Assembly (NCBI GenBank): GCA_900316015.1
Contig: ONBG01000003.1
Location: 54,473-118,472 of the forward strand
DNA from: an uncultured Prevotella sp.
GTDB taxonomy: Bacteria; Bacteroidota; Bacteroidia; Bacteroidales; Bacteroidaceae
DNA length: 64,000 bases
Direction of reading: 5' to 3'
The position numbers were made by a program, and so were the translations under genes. Below the pieces are notes generated by a model that saw nothing but the letters and a program-made list of their open reading frames with translations, ran no database searches and had not been told where the DNA came from. The number at the start of each line of letters is the position of its first letter. Within the stretch, counting starts at the first letter, position 1. Shown one piece after another: positions 40,604-50,008 of the stretch.

Positions 40604-41398
40604 TCAACTTGATCTCACAGTTGTCAGCCGCTGCTTGAGCTGCATTATTTCTTCTTGCTGGTGACTATAGGCAGCGAGAGCACGGTCGCGGAGACCATCA
40701 TAGCAGGCTTTCTATTGGGCAGCTAATGCTGAAAGGCTGGCATTCTCTATCCTTAGGCGTTCATTCTCAGAGCTGAGGTGAGTGTACTCTTTCTCTATGC
40801 CTTTCATCTTCTCATCCTGTTGCTGGCGGTAGCCGGTTCGGGCGGCGTACATGCGCTCTTTGATGCCGCCTTTCTCAACAAAAGTCTTCTCTAAGTGTTT
40901 GAGATAGCTGTTCATCATTGCATCAACTTGGAAACAGAGCGTAAGGCTGGTATTGGCAAACTCCTCAGCCGTCCATTTTGTGACAAGTGGCAAATAGTCC
41001 TCTAGGTTATTATGCCGACGGCTAAAATCCTGCATAGGCTGGAACCGTTTGTGCCCAGGCTTCCAATGTGTGAGGTGGTGCTTCTTGATAAAGTCTTGAT
41101 AATCCTCGCGTAGTTCATCGTTGCTGGAGCGTGCCACATTAAGCAATTTAAGCTCCATCTCTGTAGAGGTGGCACCGTCCTCAGAGCCCTCAACGATATT
41201 TTGCTTGCAAGAGCGGGCTGCCTGTGCCATTTGATCAACAGTGCGGTCGCCACACAAGGGCAGGAATCGCTGGCAAAACACGCTGGTGAACTGATAGAGC
41301 ACGTCACTTTTGCGTTAGAAATATAAATCCTGCCACTTCACCACTTGCCTCAGCACACGAGGCGTGGGATTGGATTTGTTTTCTTTCTCTGATTGCAT
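40604..41398 (-). pseudogene. Four-helix-bundle (23S IVS-protein/Avd-like) suffix-domain protein, two nonsense mutations
   Basis: MQSEK..LRQVVKWQDLYF*RKSDVLYQFT..DRTVDQM.QAARSCKQNIVEGS..E.KLLNVARSS..EL..DY; in-frame TAA at 41315-41317 and TAG at 40712-40714; the frame continues to TGA at 40604-40606. Confidence 0.85.
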
Positions 41399-41424
41399 TG
41401 ATAATAGTCTTAAGGATTTATATT

Positions 41425-41494
41425 GTTTCTATAGTCTCTATAGCTTCTGTGGCTTCTATAGTTTCCATAGCTTCTATAGTCTATGGCTTCTATA
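41425..41494. repeat. Imperfect 9-bp tandem repeat (consensus YTTCTATAG), about 8 units
   Basis: tttctatag tctctatag cttctgtgg cttctatag tttccatag cttctatag ..ctatgg cttctataag, directly upstream of the four-helix-bundle gene. Confidence 0.85.
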
Positions 41495-42386
41495 AGAAGG
41501 TTAGGCGAGCCACTGATGATACATTGAGCAACTCGTATCGCTGCCACAGGACCTCCTTGCAAACGAGGCACGGAAAGATTGGGATGGCCTTACACAGGCT
41601 GTCGCGCTTGCAGGGAAGAGCGACACGAGCCTTCCCCTAAATAGAGTCGGGCATCCGCGAAGGGATACAGCCAAGTATTTGCTGGGCACTCAAGGCACGT
41701 AACATTTCTTCCTATATCATGAATTTCCTTTTTCACCGCGGGTATCGCCGGGAGCGACCGCTCCAGGGAGAAGGCATCCGGCGGGTTCATGCCATGGGGT
41801 AGAACCACATTGCAGATAAGGGTTATCTCCCTGCAGTTGATCATTGGATAAGCCATGAGCAAGGTGGGTCTCTGGGGTACAAGCCCAAGTGCTGCGGTCA
41901 AGCGTTGCTGAAAGCATGACCACTTTCTCTTGCTCGTTGCCGAAGAGCAAATGCTCTGCTTGCGCTCGCGAAAATACATATTGATCGGAATATGATCATC
42001 TGCCATTGCATGATATGTGATTAATCCATAACGCCAACCGAAAGGGGAATGTATTAGATGAGCCTCAAAAGGGCGTGCGCTCCTCTCTTCCTGCCCACAA
42101 TTCATTTCCTGCTGCAAATGTACGTGATTTCCATTAATCTTCCAACGAAATTTAAAGAACACTGCATTTTAATGCGCTTTTCTGTATATGCATGCTATTA
42201 AACATAGAAAGTGCTCTGCCGCTCCCCACCATTTTCTTTTTCTATTTCACACCGCCACATTTATTGCTATCGCAACTTTCAACTGCATCCCATGGCACTC
42301 AGCTCCTATCACCAGCAAATGATAAGGACGCGCCACCCAGACGATATTTCCGCGCCTCGCTAAGTATAAATACAGGAAAATGAGGT

Positions 42387-43448
42387 TTACGGCTTATTGT
42401 TAACAGTTTTTAACCGCAATCTTGTGATATACACCGTACCCTTGTCCGCCATCATCTTCACGTGATAGAGGGCTTCAATAATCTTCAATGCCTCTTGAAG
42501 ATTGTCAGAGGGAAGTTTCCCGGTGAAGGTCTTCGACGACAAATGGATATCGGTCGGCTGGAAGGTTACGCCATAATTCCTGCTGAGTGCAGCCAGCAGC
42601 TCGTCCTGTGTGGCATGGCGCAGCACAATCTCGTCGCGCAGCCAGGAGCTGTGGTCATCCTGATATTCTTCTTGTTTGACCTTGATTGTACCCGTCTTTC
42701 TGTCGATATATGCCACGTGACCTGCACTCATCTCTGTGCTTTGTTGCTGCGGAGTCTGTAAGGAGATGACACCTTCATCCAATGAGATGACAACCTCGTC
42801 GTCTTGCTGATAATTGGAGATATTGAATTTGGTGCCCTGTACCTCGACGGTGTAGCCGTTGCCCTGTATGACGAAGTGGTGCCTCGGGTCTTTGGCGATG
42901 TCGAAGTAGGCTTCGCCACTGAATGCGATTGTACGCTTGTCTTTGGAGAAGTCGCCGGCTCTGTATGCTATCCGTGACCCTTCATTGAGAATGACCTTGC
43001 TGTGGTCGGGCAGGCGCAAGGAGGCCTTGTTTCCCTTGCCAGTGGTGAATTCGTCGGTGGAGAACACGATGGCCTCTTGCGTCACTTTGCCTTGCATATA
43101 ATACAAGTATGCTGTGGAGCAAATCAATATTGGCAACAGGATGGCGGCAGCCCGGAGCGCAATCTTTTGCATCTTGGTGTAACGGGGGATGGTAGGTGAA
43201 CCATCCTGCGTGTCATCCTGTATGTCGTCTGGCCGGTCATGGCAGGCCTCCTCCATAATCTTTTCCTTCAGCAGCCTGACCTCTGTGTCGGTGAAGACAT
43301 CTTCTCTTTGTCTGCCGACCATCCATTCATCCTGGAGGAGCTGTGAAATCTCCTCGTCTGAAGCCTCTTCCAGCAGCTCCCTCAGTTTGACAAACTCCTC
43401 GTGTGTGATGGTGTTGTCCTTATATTTTTGCAGTAACTCTTTCATCAT
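42387..43448 (-). CDS. FecR family anti-sigma factor
   Basis: N-terminal helical domain, single TM, LPDHSKVILNEGSRI.Y, GEAYFDIAKD...F, V.GTKFN, SSWL..I motifs. Confidence 0.92.
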   Translation of the reverse strand: MMKELLQKYKDNTITHEEFVKLRELLEEASDEEISQLLQDEWMVGRQREDVFTDTEVRLLKEKIMEEACHDRPDDIQDDTQDGSPTIPRYTKMQKIALRAAAILLPILICSTAYLYYMQGKVTQEAIVFSTDEFTTGKGNKASLRLPDHSKVILNEGSRIAYRAGDFSKDKRTIAFSGEAYFDIAKDPRHHFVIQGNGYTVEVQGTKFNISNYQQDDEVVISLDEGVISLQTPQQQSTEMSAGHVAYIDRKTGTIKVKQEEYQDDHSSWLRDEIVLRHATQDELLAALSRNYGVTFQPTDIHLSSKTFTGKLPSDNLQEALKIIEALYHVKMMADKGTVYITRLRLKTVNNKP

Positions 43449-43480
43449 AAATAAGACGTAGATAATTGAGATATTTCACA

Positions 43481-44041
43481 TTAAATATTGAAAAAAAACA
43501 AGAAGATTTTCAAAAAGTCCCTGATGAGGGCATGCAACTTCTTATTGCCTAAAGAGAGTTGGTTTCTCACGGTCTTCTCGCTGATGTTCAGCTTGTCGGC
43601 AATGGTGTCGTTGTTCATCCCCTCGAAGTCAGACATCCACACTATTTTCTGTTGTGTAGGAGTGAGCTGCCGGATAGAGCTTTTCACTTGCTGGACGTAT
43701 TGGTCGAAGTCAACACCGCTGTCCCCCTCGTCCAATGACGAGCGGAATTCCATAAAGTCCTCATAGGCGACGCTCCTTACACGTTGCCTGAGCAGGTCAA
43801 TGATTTTCCTATGGGCGATGGTAAAGATGAAAGGCCGTAGCGTGTCCTCCCTGATGATGGTGGTTCTTATCTTCCACAGCTTGACAAAGGTGTCCTGCAC
43901 GATTTCCTCGGAATCCTCTTTCGACTTCACATATGCATAGCAATATGCCAGCAGCTCTCTGGCGTACAGGTCGTAAATCTCGCCGAGCGCCGTCTCTCTT
44001 CCATCGCGTAGTGACTGTATGAGCTTTTGTTCTTGGGTCAT
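43481..44041 (-). CDS. ECF RNA polymerase sigma-70 factor
   Basis: SEEIVQDTFVKLWK region 2; region 4 GMNNDTIADKLNISEKTVRNQLSLG. Confidence 0.93.
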   Translation of the reverse strand: MTQEQKLIQSLRDGRETALGEIYDLYARELLAYCYAYVKSKEDSEEIVQDTFVKLWKIRTTIIREDTLRPFIFTIAHRKIIDLLRQRVRSVAYEDFMEFRSSLDEGDSGVDFDQYVQQVKSSIRQLTPTQQKIVWMSDFEGMNNDTIADKLNISEKTVRNQLSLGNKKLHALIRDFLKIFLFFFNI

Positions 44042-44263
44042 TGCTACTTACCTTCTAACTGTAATACAACTACAAAGATAATCAAACTTGTTAAGAAATT
44101 GTCAACACTACGCATGATTTAGAGTTTATTAAAGAACAGAGATGACGGATGTTCCGTCTTGGCAGGGTCTTGCTGTTTAATGGTGGTGGGATTACATTTC
44201 AAAAGGCCGATTTCCTCACGAAAGCCGGCCTTGGACTGACTGTTTAATCGACGGATGTCGTGT

Positions 44264-45265
44264 CTATTCGTGAACGGGGCGGATGGTCATTCCACGATGG
44301 CGACCATAATTACTTGTTTGTATAACCGTGTCGTTACCGGCGAAATCGTATGCGTTGCCTACATAGCTGCCATTCCATGAGTTGCTTGTCCAATAGAAGA
44401 ATGTTTTACCCTGATCCGATAAAGTGCTGCCATTTTTCTGACCTCCTGCTGGCATGAATATGGAGTTTCCGTTTGGCCCTACAATCTTGTAGCCGTTGAC
44501 GCCGTTCTGGGTTGTATAGATACAGTCACAGTTATTGATAAGCTCATTGCATTCTGCCTGTGTCGGCATACGCCAACCGCTGCCTAATGCAGCTGTTGCC
44601 GCATCGTCATCAGACTCCAGGGTCTCTTTAGTTCCTTTAGTGTTGTACTTAATCCAGTTTCCTGCACTGTAATAAGTGTTGTTGTCTTTCGTGTAAGTGT
44701 CTTTTGGCTCCGTCTCGCCCCATGCGTAGTAGTTTCCGTAATCCTCCGGCTTTGCGGCTCCGAGGTTGCAGGTTGCCCACTTCACGCTGAGACCCAGGTC
44801 AACATACTCTGCCGCACCGCCTGTGGTGAACTGCTTCACCACGCCATAAACGGCTGTGCTACCGATGATGGCGTAGCTGCGGTAATAATATTTCGTGTTG
44901 CCTGTAAGGCCGTCAATGGTGGCATCCCACGTGCCATTCTTCACGTATGTGGCAAATGGCACCTTGGTATCGCAGATGTTTGGCTCCTCATTGGTAGCGG
45001 AGTAGCATATGCCCTCTTCCACAGCTCCGCTGAAGGAGGTCGCCGTAGTGGTGGTACAGGTAGCCTTCATCGACGTGCCGGTGACGTTGGCGGCATCTCC
45101 CGTCTCGACCTTGACGATGTCGGACGGAATGGCGAATGTGACACTGTCAACGCCCTGGTCCGACACGGTGACCGTCTTGTCGCTGTTCCATACATAAACG
45201 TGATGTTGTGCATTGATTGTCAGCGTCGATAATGCGAGCATGGCAAGTAATATAAACTTTTTCAT
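44264..45265 (-). CDS. Secreted protein with Fn3-like domain and Bacteroidota 'VDLGLSVKWA' C-terminal domain
   Basis: Signal peptide; GLTGNTKYYYRSYA; YVDLGLSVKWATCNLGA..PEDYGNYYAWGET; GWRMPTQAE; SIFMPAGG. Confidence 0.75.
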   Translation of the reverse strand: MKKFILLAMLALSTLTINAQHHVYVWNSDKTVTVSDQGVDSVTFAIPSDIVKVETGDAANVTGTSMKATCTTTTATSFSGAVEEGICYSATNEEPNICDTKVPFATYVKNGTWDATIDGLTGNTKYYYRSYAIIGSTAVYGVVKQFTTGGAAEYVDLGLSVKWATCNLGAAKPEDYGNYYAWGETEPKDTYTKDNNTYYSAGNWIKYNTKGTKETLESDDDAATAALGSGWRMPTQAECNELINNCDCIYTTQNGVNGYKIVGPNGNSIFMPAGGQKNGSTLSDQGKTFFYWTSNSWNGSYVGNAYDFAGNDTVIQTSNYGRHRGMTIRPVHE

Positions 45266-45295
45266 AATTACGATGATTTTAGATTCTCAATAAAG

Positions 45296-45775
45296 TTAGC
45301 GCTTCACAAATTTCAGGCTGTATCCTGATTTGGTTTGAAGAATGTAGATGGCTGGTGCTGTCGTGGGCAGCCGCAGGGAGATGTCCGAGCAGGCGTTTCC
45401 TGCACATCCTGATGCCACTACCTTTCCATCGACCGAGAAGATGTAGACAATGTCATGGGCGGGAAGTCCGCTTACATGGACGCCGTCGGCGGTTGTCCTG
45501 ACCGAGATGTCAGAGCTGCCCTTTACGGCCGCAATGCCGGTCGAGACATCGCAGAACGTGAGACGCTGCACCGACTCCAACGGGAACGTCCGTTTTTCCC
45601 CGTCTGCCACCAAGAGTGTGACGGACGTGTCACCGAACACCAGTTTGGGATGGCGTGACAAGGCGTACTCCACCTTACTGCCGTCCTTCAGCAGGAGTCT
45701 TACCCCCTCTTCGGCAAAGCCTTGCAGGGGAAGTGCCATCAGCAGGGAGGCCACTAAAAGTTTGACATGTTTCAT
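45296..45775 (-). CDS. Small T9SS type-A-sorted secreted protein
   Basis: Signal peptide; STGI linker, then V.IFSVDGKVV..G, and IYILQT....LKFVKR C-terminal domain pattern. Confidence 0.7.
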   Translation of the reverse strand: MKHVKLLVASLLMALPLQGFAEEGVRLLLKDGSKVEYALSRHPKLVFGDTSVTLLVADGEKRTFPLESVQRLTFCDVSTGIAAVKGSSDISVRTTADGVHVSGLPAHDIVYIFSVDGKVVASGCAGNACSDISLRLPTTAPAIYILQTKSGYSLKFVKR

Positions 45776-45844
45776 AATAATTAAGTTTTAAGTTATTGAA
45801 TAACAGAATGAATCATTCTATGAGTTGCTGGTCCGTGACCTTGC

Positions 45845-48121
45845 TCAGAAGTTGGCGGTGAGCCAGACCTCCGGCTTCAGGTCAGTTTCTTTTTTATTGA
45901 AAGCCATCACCACCACTTCTATCTGCTTTCCTGCCATTTCGGGAGTGAGCGGAAGATAGTAGGTGTAGTTGGCATCGCGTTCCTGCACCCTCCGTTCCCA
46001 GGTGTTGGCTGGGTAGGAAGGTGCACGGTCGGGGCATCCCACAAGCTTTCCGTCTATCTTGCAGGCGGCCCATGCGCCCTCGCAGCCGTGCTTTCCGTTG
46101 ACGGCGATGCAGAGGTAAGCCCCCTTGTAGATGTGGCTCAGGGTGAAGCTGCTTTTCCATGTTTGGGCGGCTTTCGTGTATTCCGTGCCATACGGCAGGA
46201 AGAGATTGGAGGCTCGCCACAGGCTGCGGTCGATGACTTTACCGTTTTTGTACCCCGTCACCTCGGCAAGGCGTATGGGACAGGGCAGGAACTCTAAGTA
46301 TCTGACGGGACCCATATGGGCAAAGGAAATGACCGCATGGGGACGGGCAACGAAGACCACCTGCCGCCAGCTCTTCAGGTCGGCCGACACCTGTGCCACC
46401 GTGCCTTCCTCTATTTTCAGGGGTTGGAGAGAGTATTCGTCGGGAGTGGTGATGACCAGACTGTCCAAGGCTTCCTCCTCGCCGAGGTCGAGTGTGAACG
46501 CCGATATGCCGTGAGGCCTCGGGTCTCCACCGCGCCATGCAAGCGAGAAACAGCTGGCGGGGTCGTTGTCGAAGAGGTTCTTGTCCCACAGCTCGCGTTG
46601 GACGAAGGTGGGCGATTGGAAGAAAGCGTCGCGGGCCTTCTGCACCTCTGGTATTTGGGTTGGACCTGACCGGTGTAGGGAACGCACCTCAAAGGGGTTG
46701 TTGTCGGCGGCAAACAGCGTGGCATCGTACAGCGCACGTATGTCGGCCGGGATTGCACAGGTGTCCATCACCGCTATTCTCCGGTGCCAGTCGGAGGTTG
46801 ACTTGGGAATGTTCAGGCGCACGATGCGGTCCTTTCTCCCTTGTCCGCCCTTTATGATGCGGTAGGGATGGTCATTATCTACAACGGGGTCTTTCTCCGC
46901 TTCGGCCGTCACTTTCACGAGACACGCGCGGAAGGGCAGCACCTCCACCTGCATCGTATCGCCGTAGGCGTACCGGCCAAGGTATTGGATGTAGGGATGG
47001 TATTGTCTGACCGTCACCTTGCCTTTCTTGATAAGACCAATTTCTCCGTTCAGCCTGACGGTGTATTTGACGGGGTTCCAGCTCAGGTTGCGCAGCACAA
47101 GCCATCGGGTGTTCCCGTTGCCGCGGCTCACGGCATCGGGACCGTAATGGCTTTCGGGCAGGGTCATGCCCTCCTTAAGGATGTCGCGGTACTGCCTGTG
47201 CAGGTCGAAAAGGAATGCCATTTGCGCCTGCTCGTCGTCACGCAGCAGCCAGGGATTGCCGTAAATCTCCGGGGCCAGGATGAGGTTGCGGCAGAAAGCC
47301 TGCAGCACGAGGTCGTCGTCCCAATAGTCGAGGCACGAGGAAAGGCACACGCCGTGGTCCTCGGTGAGCCGGGTAGGAGGGTTGTGACGCGACAATGCGG
47401 CCACGCGATGGTGGGTGCCGGTGGTGGTGTTGGTCATGTGCGCGTCGATGTAGGTCTCGTCTCCGCCCAACAGATAGGTCGTTGAGAAGCGGTTGCCCGG
47501 CCCGAGGTCGAGACGATGGTTGAGGACGACGAAGTCAGGGTCAGCCTTGCGTATCTCCGTCATCATCCGCTCGAAGTAGCCGTATTTGGAGGGTCGCAGG
47601 TCGCCGCAGACCTTGTCGAACTTGAACAGTCCGAAGTTGTCGTTCCTTACAAGCTCGACCATCATCCGTATGCGGTCCTCAGCTTCCTCTTGCGTGTTGC
47701 CGAATCCGTCAGGACCGGCCCAAAGGCCGAGCTTCGTACCCATAGACCTCGTCAGTCGGGTCACCCGTCCGAACCCTTCGGGAAAGAGCTTCCTGAAGTG
47801 TTCCGTTTGCTGGTTCCCATAGACATGTGCGCCGTCGATGACTCCGGCATCAAAGGCGTAGAAGTCGAGTTGCATGCCATACGTGTCGCGGAGCCACTTG
47901 AAATAGTTGAGGTTGGCCAGGGTCTGCGCCTCCGTCGGCCCCTCGTTGGTATGGCTGATCCAAGAGAAATACTCCGACCGCGAGGGCGTAAGCTCAGTGG
48001 CTCCATGGTCGGACAATGGCTTCCCGCCCCGTGTCTGGTGCCGTTGGGCAAGCAGTCCGCCGGGCATCATGCAGCCCCCTGTGAGGAGCAAAAGTATGAT
48101 GAAGTGACACTTCTTTCGCAT
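45845..48121 (-). CDS. Secreted glycoside-hydrolase-like protein of unassigned family (possible clan GH-D TIM barrel)
   Basis: Signal peptide; YFSW, FYAFDAG, LGLWAGPDGF, GLFKFD strand motifs; sits inside a PUL. Confidence 0.5.
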   Translation of the reverse strand: MRKKCHFIILLLLTGGCMMPGGLLAQRHQTRGGKPLSDHGATELTPSRSEYFSWISHTNEGPTEAQTLANLNYFKWLRDTYGMQLDFYAFDAGVIDGAHVYGNQQTEHFRKLFPEGFGRVTRLTRSMGTKLGLWAGPDGFGNTQEEAEDRIRMMVELVRNDNFGLFKFDKVCGDLRPSKYGYFERMMTEIRKADPDFVVLNHRLDLGPGNRFSTTYLLGGDETYIDAHMTNTTTGTHHRVAALSRHNPPTRLTEDHGVCLSSCLDYWDDDLVLQAFCRNLILAPEIYGNPWLLRDDEQAQMAFLFDLHRQYRDILKEGMTLPESHYGPDAVSRGNGNTRWLVLRNLSWNPVKYTVRLNGEIGLIKKGKVTVRQYHPYIQYLGRYAYGDTMQVEVLPFRACLVKVTAEAEKDPVVDNDHPYRIIKGGQGRKDRIVRLNIPKSTSDWHRRIAVMDTCAIPADIRALYDATLFAADNNPFEVRSLHRSGPTQIPEVQKARDAFFQSPTFVQRELWDKNLFDNDPASCFSLAWRGGDPRPHGISAFTLDLGEEEALDSLVITTPDEYSLQPLKIEEGTVAQVSADLKSWRQVVFVARPHAVISFAHMGPVRYLEFLPCPIRLAEVTGYKNGKVIDRSLWRASNLFLPYGTEYTKAAQTWKSSFTLSHIYKGAYLCIAVNGKHGCEGAWAACKIDGKLVGCPDRAPSYPANTWERRVQERDANYTYYLPLTPEMAGKQIEVVVMAFNKKETDLKPEVWLTANF

Positions 48122-48130
48122 GGTTTCTCC

Positions 48131-49978
48131 TTATATATATTCGTTTACGTTCTCCGTCCGCACGTCTATCACCTTAGGCAGCCATACACGGTAGCGCTGC
48201 TTGTCGTCCCAGTCGTTGCCCGCGGAGGCAAAGTCGCAGAGGTGTATGGCGCGGGGCTTCACGCCCTCCCGGTTGGTTCCCGTGATGGTGCTCACGGTGA
48301 ATGTCAGCCGGGCGAAGCCGGCGGCCACGGTCCTTTGCAGGGCCACGGTGCCGTTGTTGGCCTTGATGTCAACGCCCTCATCCACAAATCCGTCCTGGAA
48401 ACGGCTGTCCCTTGCCAGCACGACGGGGCCGTAGGTGATGGCCTGGCAGTGGTTGTTCTCCTGCAGTCGCCCCTGCATGTCGAGGTTCAGCACGATGCGG
48501 TCACCTTTCGTCCACGTGCGGTGTATGCGGCAGTATTGGCCGGGCACGATGTCTCCACAGTCGTTTCCGTTGACGCTGACGCGCGTGTGGCGGCTCCACA
48601 GGGGAATGCGGAGGGCGACGGTGAACGTCTGGCTGTGCGAGGGTGACACTTGTATCTCCACCTTTCCGTCGGCCGGGTAGTCTGTGGCCTGCGTCATCTC
48701 CACCTGATGCCGCCCGTCTATGGAGACGGTTGCCGTGGAGGGCGCATAGAGGTTGACGTCAACCTCGCCGTAGTCTCCGCCGTACATGACCGACGGCAGC
48801 AGGCAGAAGCCGCGCGCCGCATTGGCCGTACAGCAGTTGATGTTGAGGCCGCACTGAAGCTCTCCCTCGTAGCGGTGCCCGGCGAGCGGACTGTATTTGG
48901 CGGTCTTCCGTCCGTCGGCGCGCATGGAGGCCAGCAGTGCGTTGTAGGCCGACCGCTCTATCTCGTCCGCATACCGGGTGTCCTTGGTGATTCTCAGCAG
49001 TTCGGCGCAGAGCTGCATCCACGTCACGGTCACGCAGGTCTCCATCGTATGGGCGGTGGGCAGCGTCTGCAGGCGGCTTCCGCCATACCAGCACTCGAAG
49101 GCACTGCCCGAGCCGGCGAGGTTGATTTCCTCCTGCATGATATGTCCGGCGGCCGTCTTGGCGGCATTGAGCAATTGCTCTTCATGCGTAATCTGGTAGA
49201 GCCGGAGCAGTCCTGCGTAGCACGACATCATCTCGTAGGCCTTCATCCCGTTCTCCTTAGTGTACCACTTGGAGGGATGCGGCCACCGCAGGGCGACCGG
49301 CACGTCGGCCTTACCGATGAGCTGCGGCCCCTCCGCACTCTCGCCCCGGGCCACGATGTAGCGTGCGAATGCGAGGTAACGCGGGTCACGGGTAATCTCG
49401 TAGAGGCGCACCACTGGGATAATGACCGAGCAGCTGGGCATGCCTTTGTAGATGCCGCACAGCACGATGTCGGCCTTTCCCTCGCCGACTTGCGTCATGA
49501 GATGGTCGGTCAGCCGGCGGACGGCCGCGAGGGCTTTCCTGTCTCCCGTGAGGTCGTACCAGGCCAAAAGTCCCATGGCCGTGTATTTCCTGCCCCAGAT
49601 GTCCCATTGCATAGTCTGGCTTCCGGCACTGTAGTTGCCGATATACCCGTCGGGCAACTGCGCGCTGAGCATCTGCCTTACCGACCGTTCCATCTTGTCG
49701 CGCAGCCGCGGGTCCGGGGCGTATCGGTAGGCCTCGACGGCTCCTAGCATCCATTTTCCCCAGAACTCTGTCTGCCACTGACCGGTCTCCTCGTGATGGA
49801 AGAAGGGCGCGGTGAGCTGGTCAACGTCCTCATCCATAACGCGGTACTGTATGCACTGGCCGATTTTCTGTCCCAGCCAGCCGCCTACCCTGATTTTCTC
49901 TGCCTTTACGGCCTGGCCGTGTGCCAGGGCCGTAGAGAGCAGAAAGGGTGTTACGAAAATCAGCAAACGCTTCATCAT
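48131..49978 (-). CDS. GH127-family (beta-L-arabinofuranosidase-like) glycoside hydrolase
   Basis: WQTEFWGKW, KAYEMMSC, METC and NCC metal/nucleophile motifs; C-terminal beta domains (ALRIPLWS, GQYCRIHRTWTKGD). Confidence 0.85.
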   Translation of the reverse strand: MMKRLLIFVTPFLLSTALAHGQAVKAEKIRVGGWLGQKIGQCIQYRVMDEDVDQLTAPFFHHEETGQWQTEFWGKWMLGAVEAYRYAPDPRLRDKMERSVRQMLSAQLPDGYIGNYSAGSQTMQWDIWGRKYTAMGLLAWYDLTGDRKALAAVRRLTDHLMTQVGEGKADIVLCGIYKGMPSCSVIIPVVRLYEITRDPRYLAFARYIVARGESAEGPQLIGKADVPVALRWPHPSKWYTKENGMKAYEMMSCYAGLLRLYQITHEEQLLNAAKTAAGHIMQEEINLAGSGSAFECWYGGSRLQTLPTAHTMETCVTVTWMQLCAELLRITKDTRYADEIERSAYNALLASMRADGRKTAKYSPLAGHRYEGELQCGLNINCCTANAARGFCLLPSVMYGGDYGEVDVNLYAPSTATVSIDGRHQVEMTQATDYPADGKVEIQVSPSHSQTFTVALRIPLWSRHTRVSVNGNDCGDIVPGQYCRIHRTWTKGDRIVLNLDMQGRLQENNHCQAITYGPVVLARDSRFQDGFVDEGVDIKANNGTVALQRTVAAGFARLTFTVSTITGTNREGVKPRAIHLCDFASAGNDWDDKQRYRVWLPKVIDVRTENVNEYI

Positions 49979-50008
49979 ATTGCCTGATGTTCTATTGGTT
50001 TACAATAA

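Noticed and set aside
40604-41494. Diversity-generating retroelement around the Avd-like four-helix bundle
   Set aside because: No reverse transcriptase and no TR/VR pair differing at adenines in the window.
41500-42160. Possible xpt or helicase remnant upstream of the four-helix-bundle gene
   Set aside because: No frame gave convincing xpt motifs, and an isolated 'VVMLSATL' is too weak. Left unassigned.
46841-49747. Long plus-strand ORFs (214, 376 and 365 aa) opposite the PUL enzymes
   Set aside because: Shadow ORFs expected in GC-rich coding DNA; no motifs.
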